64,000 bases of DNA. Origin: Dehalococcoidia bacterium. Lineage in GTDB: Bacteria; Chloroflexota; Dehalococcoidia; Lucifugimonadales; JAGWBF01. Below the pieces are notes generated by a model. It saw only the letters and a program-made list of their open reading frames with translations, did not search any database and had not been told where the DNA came from. The translations under genes were made by a program, and so were the position numbers. Shown here in pieces: positions 18,267 through 25,122 of this stretch; within the stretch, counting starts at the first letter, position 1, and each line of letters opens with the position of its first letter. The stretch spans positions 12,104 to 76,103 of the forward strand of contig DAOUJG010000015.1 of NCBI GenBank assembly GCA_034423015.1. The letters run 5' to 3'.

Positions 18267-18392
18267 ATGACGCCAGACCCCGAGAGCGCATACCGGCAGT
18301 CCATCGTCATCGACGGCTACGACGCTGAGAGCATCGGCACGGTGCTGGGAGGCAACTGGCTGCGGCCGTTCCAGAGGGTCTGGGACGAGTAG
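18267..18392 (+). pseudogene. 41-codon remnant resembling a membrane (M19/renal-type) dipeptidase with its middle deleted
   Basis: Hand translation gives MTPDPESAYRQSIVIDGYDAESIGTVLGGNWLRPFQRVWDE*. SIVIDG resembles the N-terminal (V/I)IDGH motif. G(Y/F)..E.I.KILGGN(F/W)LR.F..V resembles the C-terminus of M19 dipeptidases. Confidence 0.4.
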
Positions 18393-18441
18393 AGGCCCGC
18401 CTCCGGTTCCATCCACGGCGGCGGCATGGTAGCATGGGCGA

Positions 18442-19542
18442 ATGGACCGCCCCACCGTAATCGTCTGCGTAGACGGGCTCGACCCGCGGTACCTGGAGAC
18501 GTGCGACACCCCCAACCTGCGCCGCCTCTCCCAGGACGGTTTTCTCCACGAGGGCAAGTCCATGATGCCGTCGGTCACCAACGTGAACAACGTGTCGCTG
18601 CTGACCGCCGTCTATCCTGAGGACCACGGCATCTGCACCAACTACCTTTGGGACCGAAGCAGGGGAGAAGGGTCCTACATGGAGTCCGGCGAGTACGTCC
18701 GGAGGGAGACGATCTTCCAACGGGCAGCCCGGCTGGGGAAGAGGTCGGTCCTGGCCACCTCCAAGGACAAGCTGCGCACCCTGCTGGGAAGAGGCGCCAC
18801 CGAGGCCCTGTCCTCTGAGCGCCCCCCGGCATGGGCGGTGGAGGCCGTCGGGCCTCCACCGCCCATCTACTCCCTGGAGGTCAACGGCTGGACCATCAGG
18901 GCCGCCGGCCACGCCATGTCCCACCACGAGGCGGACCTGGTCTACATCACCACCACTGACTACGCCATGCACACGTACGCCCCGGACCATCCCCGGTCCC
19001 AGGAGCACCTGTCGGTGGTGGACGGGGCCATCGGGGAGCTGGTCGCGGCCCACCCGGAGGTTACCCTGCTGCTGACGGCGGACCACGGCATGTCCGCCAA
19101 GACCCGCATGGTAGACGTGGGGGCCGCCCTGGAGAGCTACGGGATACGGTCCAACCCGGCGCCGATAATAAAGGACCGGTACGTGGTCCACCATTCCAAC
19201 CTGGGCGGCTGCATCTACGTGTACCTGGAGACCTCGCGCCGAGACGAAGCCATCCGGATACTCAACGAGACCCCCGGGGTGGATGGCGCCCTGTCCAGCG
19301 AAGAGGCCTCGGCCAGGTTCCACCTTCCCCAGGACCGGATAGGGGACGTGGTCGTGCTGGGAGATGCCGTCACCGTCTTCGGCGACCCCAACGAGGTGGA
19401 GCTTCCCGTGGGCCTCCGCTCCCACGGCTCCACCCACGAGACGGCCATCCCCATCCTCGGGTACAATGGCGACTTCTCGTGCTTCTCCTTCGACACCAAC
19501 CGGGACGTGGGGCGCTACGTCTTCGAGCGGGCCCTAGCGTAG
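18442..19542 (+). CDS. Alkaline-phosphatase-superfamily protein (nucleotide pyrophosphatase/phosphodiesterase or phosphonoacetate-hydrolase-like)
   Basis: VIVCVDGLDPRYL...MPSVTNVNNVSLLTAVYPEDHGI (metal/nucleophile region) and LLLTADHGMS (DHG motif) match the type I phosphodiesterase / PhnA-like fold. Confidence 0.7.
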   Translation: MDRPTVIVCVDGLDPRYLETCDTPNLRRLSQDGFLHEGKSMMPSVTNVNNVSLLTAVYPEDHGICTNYLWDRSRGEGSYMESGEYVRRETIFQRAARLGKRSVLATSKDKLRTLLGRGATEALSSERPPAWAVEAVGPPPPIYSLEVNGWTIRAAGHAMSHHEADLVYITTTDYAMHTYAPDHPRSQEHLSVVDGAIGELVAAHPEVTLLLTADHGMSAKTRMVDVGAALESYGIRSNPAPIIKDRYVVHHSNLGGCIYVYLETSRRDEAIRILNETPGVDGALSSEEASARFHLPQDRIGDVVVLGDAVTVFGDPNEVELPVGLRSHGSTHETAIPILGYNGDFSCFSFDTNRDVGRYVFERALA

Positions 19543-19600
19543 ACGCCCTTTCCCAATCCGGACTCACGAGACCCCAAACATCAAGCGAGGAGGCGGACCC

Positions 19601-20029
19601 ATGACCAAGGTGCTGGTTATCCAGGGCGCCGGCATGAACATGCGCGGCAAGGCCCAGGTGGAGATATTCGGACCGTCGTCGTTGGACCAGATCAACGAGC
19701 AGATCCGCGGTTACGCCAGGGACCTGGGCATCGACCTGGAGATGTTCCACTCCAACATCGAAGGGGAGGTGGCCAACGCCCTCTACGACGCCCACGACGG
19801 CGACGTGGACGCGGCCGTCATCAACCCCGCGGGCTACACGGGCACCACGGGCCCCCTGCGCACGGCCATCACCCAGGTGCGCTTCCCGGTCTTCGAGGTC
19901 CACGTCTCCAACCCCGCGGCCCGCGGCGGCGTCTCGACCATCCAGCCCGTGTGCAAGGGCTCGGTGTGGGGGTTCGGGGTCTACGGCTACTACCTGGCGC
20001 TGGAGGGCGTCAAGTCCCTGGCCGGCTAG
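19601..20029 (+). CDS. aroQ: Type II 3-dehydroquinate dehydratase-fold protein (divergent AroQ-like)
   Basis: 142 aa. HSNIEGE, INPAGYT and FEVHVSN match the AroQ scaffold, but several positions differ from the consensus as I remember it (see findings). AGGAGG RBS. Confidence 0.7.
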   Translation: MTKVLVIQGAGMNMRGKAQVEIFGPSSLDQINEQIRGYARDLGIDLEMFHSNIEGEVANALYDAHDGDVDAAVINPAGYTGTTGPLRTAITQVRFPVFEVHVSNPAARGGVSTIQPVCKGSVWGFGVYGYYLALEGVKSLAG

Positions 20030-20083
20030 GAGCAAGGTGAGGCGAGGCTCCGCCTTCCTACCGGCATAGTGCGGTGAGCCCCC

Positions 20084-21445
20084 TCAGGCCAGGGTCAGGA
20101 TGGACGTCAGCTCGGCGATGTCCTCCACGTCTTCCAGCCGGTCGATCAGGGCCACCAGCCTGTCGGCGCCTTGGGGGTCCAGCTTCCCGGTGTGGCCCCA
20201 TCCGCGCCGGAACTTGGTCATGGCCTCCTCCTCGGTGAGGGGGCTCTCCGGACTGCCCTTCAGGGCCTGGAGCTCCTCGTGGATGGCGCCGTTGCTGGTG
20301 TAGACGTCCAGGTACAGGGGTACCATGGCCTGGGGGTCGTCGTTGTCCGGGTCCTTGACCACCTCGACCCGGGATGCCAGGTCGTAGATGGCGTCGTTGG
20401 CGAGGGCCTCTGCCTCGAAGTGGCTGATCCAGACGTCGCCGTAGAGCAGGGCGACCGCGACGCAGTACTGCAGGCAGAGCCGCGCGCTCTGGGGCGTCAT
20501 CTTGCCCTTGACGGCGGGACGGCCCACCAGGCGCATGCTCAGCTCGGGCACGGTTACCTTGACCGCCTTCACGTCCGCCGGGTCCAGCCTGTGCTCGGCG
20601 CGGACTTTGAGGGCGGCTTCTACTCCTCCGTTGGCCAGGCGTCCCGTGCAGTAGGGCTTGTAGGCCAGGTGCTCGATCTCGAAGGTGCTCCCCAGGCCAT
20701 CCAGGGGCCGCTCCGCATCGTAGTCGCCGCCCTCGAACAGGCGATAATACCCGTAGAGGCCCTCCAGCAGGCCCCTGGGCCCCGTCATGCCCTCGGCGGC
20801 CAGGTTGGTGGCGACGACCGCGGAACGTGCAGCGAAGGCAGGTTGCATGGTGTTCACCAGCACCCCCTCGGAGTGGGACTGGAGGGTGCCCGAAATCTGC
20901 GAGTACATCACCCCCAGGGCGTCCAGGGTCCGCTCCCGGTCCAACCCCGCCAGTCGGGACCCGCCGTACACGGCCCCGAAGGCGCCGCAGGTGGCCGGCC
21001 GGTAGAACACCAGCCCCCGCTTGCACCCCCAGCCCACCCGGCAGGCCAGGTCCACCCCCATGGCCATGGCGGCCAGGAACTCCTTGCCGGAGACGCCGCC
21101 GGTCTGCTCGGCCACGGCCAGGGTGGCCGCCGTGATGGAGGACATGGGATGGATGCCCGCGGGGTGTATGCAGTCGAACTCCTTGCTGTGGACCAGGGTG
21201 CCGTTCATCAGGGCCGCGCTGGGAGCCGGGACCTTCTTCCCGGAGAACCAGGGGGTGCTCTCCGGCTCGCCTCCCCACTTATGGACGGTCCGGCCGACCA
21301 CCTGTGCCTCGGGGGACGTGAACGCGGCTGCACAGACGCCGAAGGTGTCCAGGAGGAACCGTTTCGTCGCGTCCACCGCCCGTTCGTTGAGGTCCTTGTA
21401 CTCCAGGTCCACGGTGCCCCTCAGCAGGCGCTCTATCAAGTCCAT
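20084..21445 (-). CDS. MmgE/PrpD family protein (2-methylcitrate dehydratase-like), copy 1
   Basis: 453 aa. The N-terminus ...ERAVDATKRFLLDTFGVCAAA and overall similarity to 57815..59182 (HPSSPTLPA / HPMSSITAA region) match the family. Confidence 0.85.
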   Translation of the reverse strand: MDLIERLLRGTVDLEYKDLNERAVDATKRFLLDTFGVCAAAFTSPEAQVVGRTVHKWGGEPESTPWFSGKKVPAPSAALMNGTLVHSKEFDCIHPAGIHPMSSITAATLAVAEQTGGVSGKEFLAAMAMGVDLACRVGWGCKRGLVFYRPATCGAFGAVYGGSRLAGLDRERTLDALGVMYSQISGTLQSHSEGVLVNTMQPAFAARSAVVATNLAAEGMTGPRGLLEGLYGYYRLFEGGDYDAERPLDGLGSTFEIEHLAYKPYCTGRLANGGVEAALKVRAEHRLDPADVKAVKVTVPELSMRLVGRPAVKGKMTPQSARLCLQYCVAVALLYGDVWISHFEAEALANDAIYDLASRVEVVKDPDNDDPQAMVPLYLDVYTSNGAIHEELQALKGSPESPLTEEEAMTKFRRGWGHTGKLDPQGADRLVALIDRLEDVEDIAELTSILTLA

Positions 21446-21585
21446 GCCTTTACCGCCATCCTTCCTAGCCTCATTGCTGGTGGGAGTGTAAGTCCGGCGG
21501 CATCGGGTGTCAACGTCGAAGCCGGGACCGGGCGGCTACCTCAGGGTGTATAATCTGCCATGACGACGTCCGGTCGGGAGCGGGG

Positions 21586-22488
21586 ATGAGGTATACGAAG
21601 CTGGGGCCACGGGAGATATCGGTAGTCGGCCTGGGCACCTGGCAGTTCGGAGAGCCCGGTTGGGGCTGGGGCACGGAGCTGGACTTCCAAGGCGCCTCCC
21701 GCATCGTGGAGAGAGCCCTGGAGCTGGGGGTCAACTTCTTCGACACCGCAGCGGTGTATGGCAATGGACGCTCCGAGGAGATCCTGTCCGAGGTGCTGGG
21801 AGAAGTGCGACACCGTGTCGTAATCTCCACCAAGGTCGCGCCGCCGCTGGAGCCGGGCCGGGTCAAGTGGTCGGCCGAACGGAGCCTTCGCCGTCTCTCC
21901 CTGGACTCCATCGAGCTCTACCAGCTCCACGCCCCGGACAGCAACGTGCCTTTGGAGCAGACCATGGGAGCGCTGCAGGAGCTGATGGACTCGGGCCGGG
22001 TGCGCCAGGTGGGCGTCAGCAACTTCGGGCCCATGCAGTGGCGAAGGGGAGAGGCGGCCCTCGGCGGCCCCCTGATCTCCAACCAGGTGGAGTACCATCT
22101 CCTGGAGCGACGCTACGGGGAGAGCGTGCTGCCCCACGCCCGGAAGGAGGGGCGGGGCGTCATCGCCTACAGCCCCCTGGCCCAGGGCCTGCTCACGGGC
22201 AGGTACGGCCGGAACAACGTGCCTCAGGACGTCAGGGCCCACTACGGCATCTTCAACCGCCGGAGCCTGCGCAGGGCGCCGGCGATAGTGGAGGCGCTTC
22301 GGGACGTGGGCAGCCACTACGACGCCACTCCCGCGCAGGTGGCCCTGGCGTGGCTACTCAAGGACCCGGAGGTGGCGGTGATCCCCGGCGCCCGCAGCGT
22401 CGAGCAGCTGGAGGCCAACGTCGCCGCCGCCGACCTGACCCTGTCGCCGGACGAGCTATACCAGCTCGACCAGGTCAGCCGCAGCTAG
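21586..22488 (+). CDS. Aldo/keto reductase
   Basis: MRYTKLGPREISVVGLGTWQFG, FFDTAAVYGNGRSEEILSE, VGVSNF and IPGARSVEQLEAN are classic AKR motifs. Confidence 0.9.
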   Translation: MRYTKLGPREISVVGLGTWQFGEPGWGWGTELDFQGASRIVERALELGVNFFDTAAVYGNGRSEEILSEVLGEVRHRVVISTKVAPPLEPGRVKWSAERSLRRLSLDSIELYQLHAPDSNVPLEQTMGALQELMDSGRVRQVGVSNFGPMQWRRGEAALGGPLISNQVEYHLLERRYGESVLPHARKEGRGVIAYSPLAQGLLTGRYGRNNVPQDVRAHYGIFNRRSLRRAPAIVEALRDVGSHYDATPAQVALAWLLKDPEVAVIPGARSVEQLEANVAAADLTLSPDELYQLDQVSRS

Positions 22489-22686
22489 AATATCGGTATC
22501 CGGATCGACACCAAGACCTCAGACGCTCTCGGGTTGCAGGACTTGGGGACAGTTGACCACTACGACAACTCATGGGGCCTGCTCTGACGTAGACAGGGTC
22601 ATTCTCAAGATATCGATGGGAACTGCGAGCCTATCCTTCACTGTCTTGCCTGACTCTCTAGGGGACCCCATTTCTCGGGACTGCCT

Positions 22687-23088
22687 CTAGCGCCCAGCCA
22701 TTCTTCTGATCCACCCAACAATGAGCCGCCAGTGGGACAGCCACGCCCAACTGTTTCGCCACGCCTTGCCGAAACGATCTAGGGCTGAACCGGCCTTGAC
22801 GTCGTTTTCCGGGTGTTGTGCCCACCGTACTTGGTTGCGTTGGACCCAATAGTGGGATTGGCAAGGCAAGCTCCAACTGCCGATTGATGGGGACAGGGAC
22901 ACAGATTCCCCATCAAACATCATACTCCAACCGTCCGGGTTCAGTGGTGTGACCACCTCATTGCCGCATCCGCAGCAGCATAGATGCGTCGCCGTCACGA
23001 ATGGTACAGACACGTAGAGCACGCCTTCCACCAGCTCATCCGGAATGTAGTGGACGAATTCGTAGTCAAGAGAGTCCATCTTATTCAT
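22687..23088 (-). CDS. DUF6527-like Cys-rich small protein, third gene of the Ubl operon
   Basis: 133 aa. YEFVHYIPDELVEGVLYVSVPFVTATHLCCCGCGNEVVTPLNPDGWSMMFDGESVSLSPSIGSWSLPCQSHYWV matches my recollection of DUF6527. Its ATG overlaps the E1 stop in an ATGA arrangement (23085-23088). Confidence 0.7.
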   Translation of the reverse strand: MNKMDSLDYEFVHYIPDELVEGVLYVSVPFVTATHLCCCGCGNEVVTPLNPDGWSMMFDGESVSLSPSIGSWSLPCQSHYWVQRNQVRWAQHPENDVKAGSALDRFGKAWRNSWAWLSHWRLIVGWIRRMAGR

Positions 23089-24263
23089 GCTTCATTCACG
23101 CTTGTCATCTCATCCACATCGACTACGTAGAAGCTCGAATGACGACTCTGGCGGTCCTGATAGAACTTCATGAGCTTCTTCCACTTGACCACGGCCATTA
23201 CTGCGTTTAAGGCATTAAGCTCGGCGATCTGGATATTCGTGGCGTATTCGTGCTCGCCTTCCTCATCTGTGTATGGGATCATGGATGCGATGTGTCCTCG
23301 CTCATCGCATGTGCTCGCTGTCACCCTCAGCGTACCCAGCAACGAGCCATCCACCTCGTACACACTCATCCCTGCATCAACAAAAGGGATACCGAACTCC
23401 ACCAGTTTTTGGATCACGAACTTCCTGTCCCGTCCCCTGTCAACGGCAACGAACGCAAAATCCATGTTTCGCAACTCCTCAGCGGTCGATTCGTCGACAT
23501 GGTCGTGGACGAATATGTTGTGTCGCATCTTGGAGTAGATACCGGCAAAGTAATCCGCCTTTCTCTGGGTCACCTTCAAGTCTTCGATGGATGATGCGCC
23601 AGGTGCCCTAAAGGCGTTGTGTTGATAGTACTGATCGCCATCGAACAGGTGAAGTTCTCTCACTGGCGTCTTGGCGACTAGGTCAAGGATATATGAGCCG
23701 GTGCCTCCCAGCCCTACGATGGCCACAGGCCCGCAAGTTAGCTTTTGGGTGACGGCTACGATCTCGGCTCGGCTCGAAGCCGTATCCATATACTTGAACA
23801 CCGAGTCGTCGTTCTGATCCTCTACGACCTTGAACACCTGGGCACTGACGCTAGGGTCGATTCTCTGAGCATGTTCGGAAAGGATGTTCGCGTAGGTAGT
23901 CATCTTCTCGTAGTAGTCTGGGTAACCATAACCATCCGTAGGCTTGTGGGAAAGACGGTGATCCGCCACGAACCCGTTGTCCAGCTGCCAGCGACGGCTT
24001 GCATTGATGACCTTCGTCAGGGGGCGTCCTTCATGGTCGCAAGGTGGGCTGCCCGCGAACAGGACGACATGACCGTCTGGCTTGGCAGTAACGTCGCCGG
24101 CTAGCGTCAGTGTTGATATCAGGACACCGAGCTCGATCTCCCGGGATTCTGTGACATAAGGCACGTGTGCCAACAGAAGGTAGCCGGCTCGGACCTCAAG
24201 CGAGTAGCCCTGGTCTTGAAGCCGCTTGAGGTCGGGGCTACGACTTATCAGTTGTTGAGACAT
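23085..24263 (-). CDS. E2-like N-terminal domain fused to a ThiF/E1-type adenylyltransferase
   Basis: 392 aa. The Rossmann motif is VAIVGLGGTGSYILDLVAKTPVRELHLFDGDQYYQHNAFR, followed by FAFVAVDRGRDRK (the E1/ThiF/MoeB adenylation fold). The N-terminal ~135 aa (…GYLLLAHVPYVT…GHVVLFAGSPPCDHEGRPL…) have a His-x9-Cys arrangement reminiscent of UBC-fold prokaryotic E2s that occur fused to E1. Confidence 0.8.
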   Translation of the reverse strand: MSQQLISRSPDLKRLQDQGYSLEVRAGYLLLAHVPYVTESREIELGVLISTLTLAGDVTAKPDGHVVLFAGSPPCDHEGRPLTKVINASRRWQLDNGFVADHRLSHKPTDGYGYPDYYEKMTTYANILSEHAQRIDPSVSAQVFKVVEDQNDDSVFKYMDTASSRAEIVAVTQKLTCGPVAIVGLGGTGSYILDLVAKTPVRELHLFDGDQYYQHNAFRAPGASSIEDLKVTQRKADYFAGIYSKMRHNIFVHDHVDESTAEELRNMDFAFVAVDRGRDRKFVIQKLVEFGIPFVDAGMSVYEVDGSLLGTLRVTASTCDERGHIASMIPYTDEEGEHEYATNIQIAELNALNAVMAVVKWKKLMKFYQDRQSRHSSFYVVDVDEMTSVNEA

Positions 24264-24510
24264 TAAAGACCGTCCCGTCGTGAACCTTCACGCTTCCACC
24301 TTCAGCGAGCCTTCCACTTGGGGGCCGTCCAGCGCCGTTGCTGTAGAGCACGTGGAAGATTATGTTGGGGTTAGACGGGACTGGGTCATAGGCGAGCCCT
24401 ACGACTTGGTCGAAGGAGATCTCCCCATCAGAGGAGAGAGTCTTCAGAGAAACCATCTTCTCCCGCCCGTTCACTATAATCTTGACCGTATCCTTGTCAG
24501 CCACCATCAT
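24238..24510 (-). CDS. Single beta-grasp ubiquitin-like protein (Multiubiquitin-domain-like)
   Basis: MMVADKDTVKIIVNGREKMVSLKTLSSDGEISFDQVVGLAYDP...GGSVKVHDGTVFNVSTTDKS follows the I-V-N-G...(I/V)(S/T).....(V/I)..LA.......G..F pattern of the Multiubiquitin family. An AAGGAG RBS lies 4 nt upstream of the ATGATG. The 3' end overlaps the E1 start by 26 nt. Confidence 0.7.
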   Translation of the reverse strand: MMVADKDTVKIIVNGREKMVSLKTLSSDGEISFDQVVGLAYDPVPSNPNIIFHVLYSNGAGRPPSGRLAEGGSVKVHDGTVFNVSTTDKS

Positions 24511-24539
24511 CAGACTCCTTTTGTGTGTCCCACAAAATA

Positions 24540-24567
24540 TTGACAGTACCAAGCCAGGTACTATATA
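24540..24567 (+). promoter_or_regulatory. Sigma70-like promoter for the HTH/ImmA genes (TTGACA - 16 nt - TATATA) with an embedded AGTACC-N6-GGTACT inverted repeat
   Basis: TTGACA at 24540-24545 and TATATA at 24562-24567. The inverted repeat at 24545-24562 occupies the spacer. Confidence 0.5.
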
Positions 24568-24571
24568 CATA

Positions 24572-24600
24572 ATGATAATGCCGACCATCCATCTTGTCAA
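24572..24600 (-). promoter_or_regulatory. Sigma70-like promoter for the Ubl operon (TTGACA - 17 nt - TATCAT)
   Basis: On the minus strand, TTGACA is the reverse complement of 24595-24600 and TATCAT is the reverse complement of 24572-24577. The two -10 boxes of the divergent promoters are only 4 nt apart. Confidence 0.5.
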
Positions 24601-24642
24601 CTCATAGCGGTACAGTGTCCCATTTCTCGTACAGGAGGCGCG

Positions 24643-25122
24643 ATGGACCCAATCAGGCTTGATCTCAACGACCTGGGGCGTCTCGTCGTGGCAGAGCGAA
24701 ACCGCAGAGGGATGAGTCTTCGAGAAGCGGCTCTTGCAACAGGAATACCCTTCAACACGCTAGCGCGCGTAGAGAAGGGTCACGTCCCCGACCTCCCAAA
24801 ATTCAAGAGGCTCGTCGAATGGTGTGGGGCTGATATCCGACAGTTCTTTGAACCCCAAGAGAAGGTGACGGCTACCACGGATGTCATCGCTGAGCACCTT
24901 CGTGCCGACCGCAACCTTCCCCCTGAAGCCGCAGAGCGGATCGTAGGAATCGTCAGCGAACTCTATCACACGCTTGCACGCCCCCAAGCAATCGCTGCCG
25001 TGCATTTGCGGGCTGCGAAAACCCTCCGTCCAGACGCAGCTCATGTCCTGGGATTGTTGCTTAACGACATGAATGAAGCACTAGTGGAGGAGCTCGTCGA
25101 TGGCCCTGCGGAGAGGATTTAA
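24643..25122 (+). CDS. XRE-family helix-turn-helix transcriptional regulator (ImmR/CapH-like)
   Basis: RRGMSLREAALATGIPFNTLARVEKG is a canonical HTH_3 motif. AGGAGG RBS. It is followed by an overlapping ImmA-type protease gene. Confidence 0.85.
   Translation: MDPIRLDLNDLGRLVVAERNRRGMSLREAALATGIPFNTLARVEKGHVPDLPKFKRLVEWCGADIRQFFEPQEKVTATTDVIAEHLRADRNLPPEAAERIVGIVSELYHTLARPQAIAAVHLRAAKTLRPDAAHVLGLLLNDMNEALVEELVDGPAERI

Noticed and set aside
22489-22686. Searched the islet flanks (22489..22686 and 25679..25793) for small ORFs, integrase remnants or direct or inverted terminal repeats.
   Set aside because: Nothing convincing was found by eye. This is reported only as a negative observation.
24511-24600. 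N-terminal hydrophobic extension (MTRWMVGIIIMYIVPGLVLSIFCGTHKRSL) of the Ubl ORF, which would make it a membrane-anchored protein.
   Set aside because: The extension is the translated AT-rich promoter region. A good AAGGAG RBS sits just before the internal ATGATG at 24510/24507, and the -35/-10 boxes of the operon promoter lie inside the putative extension.
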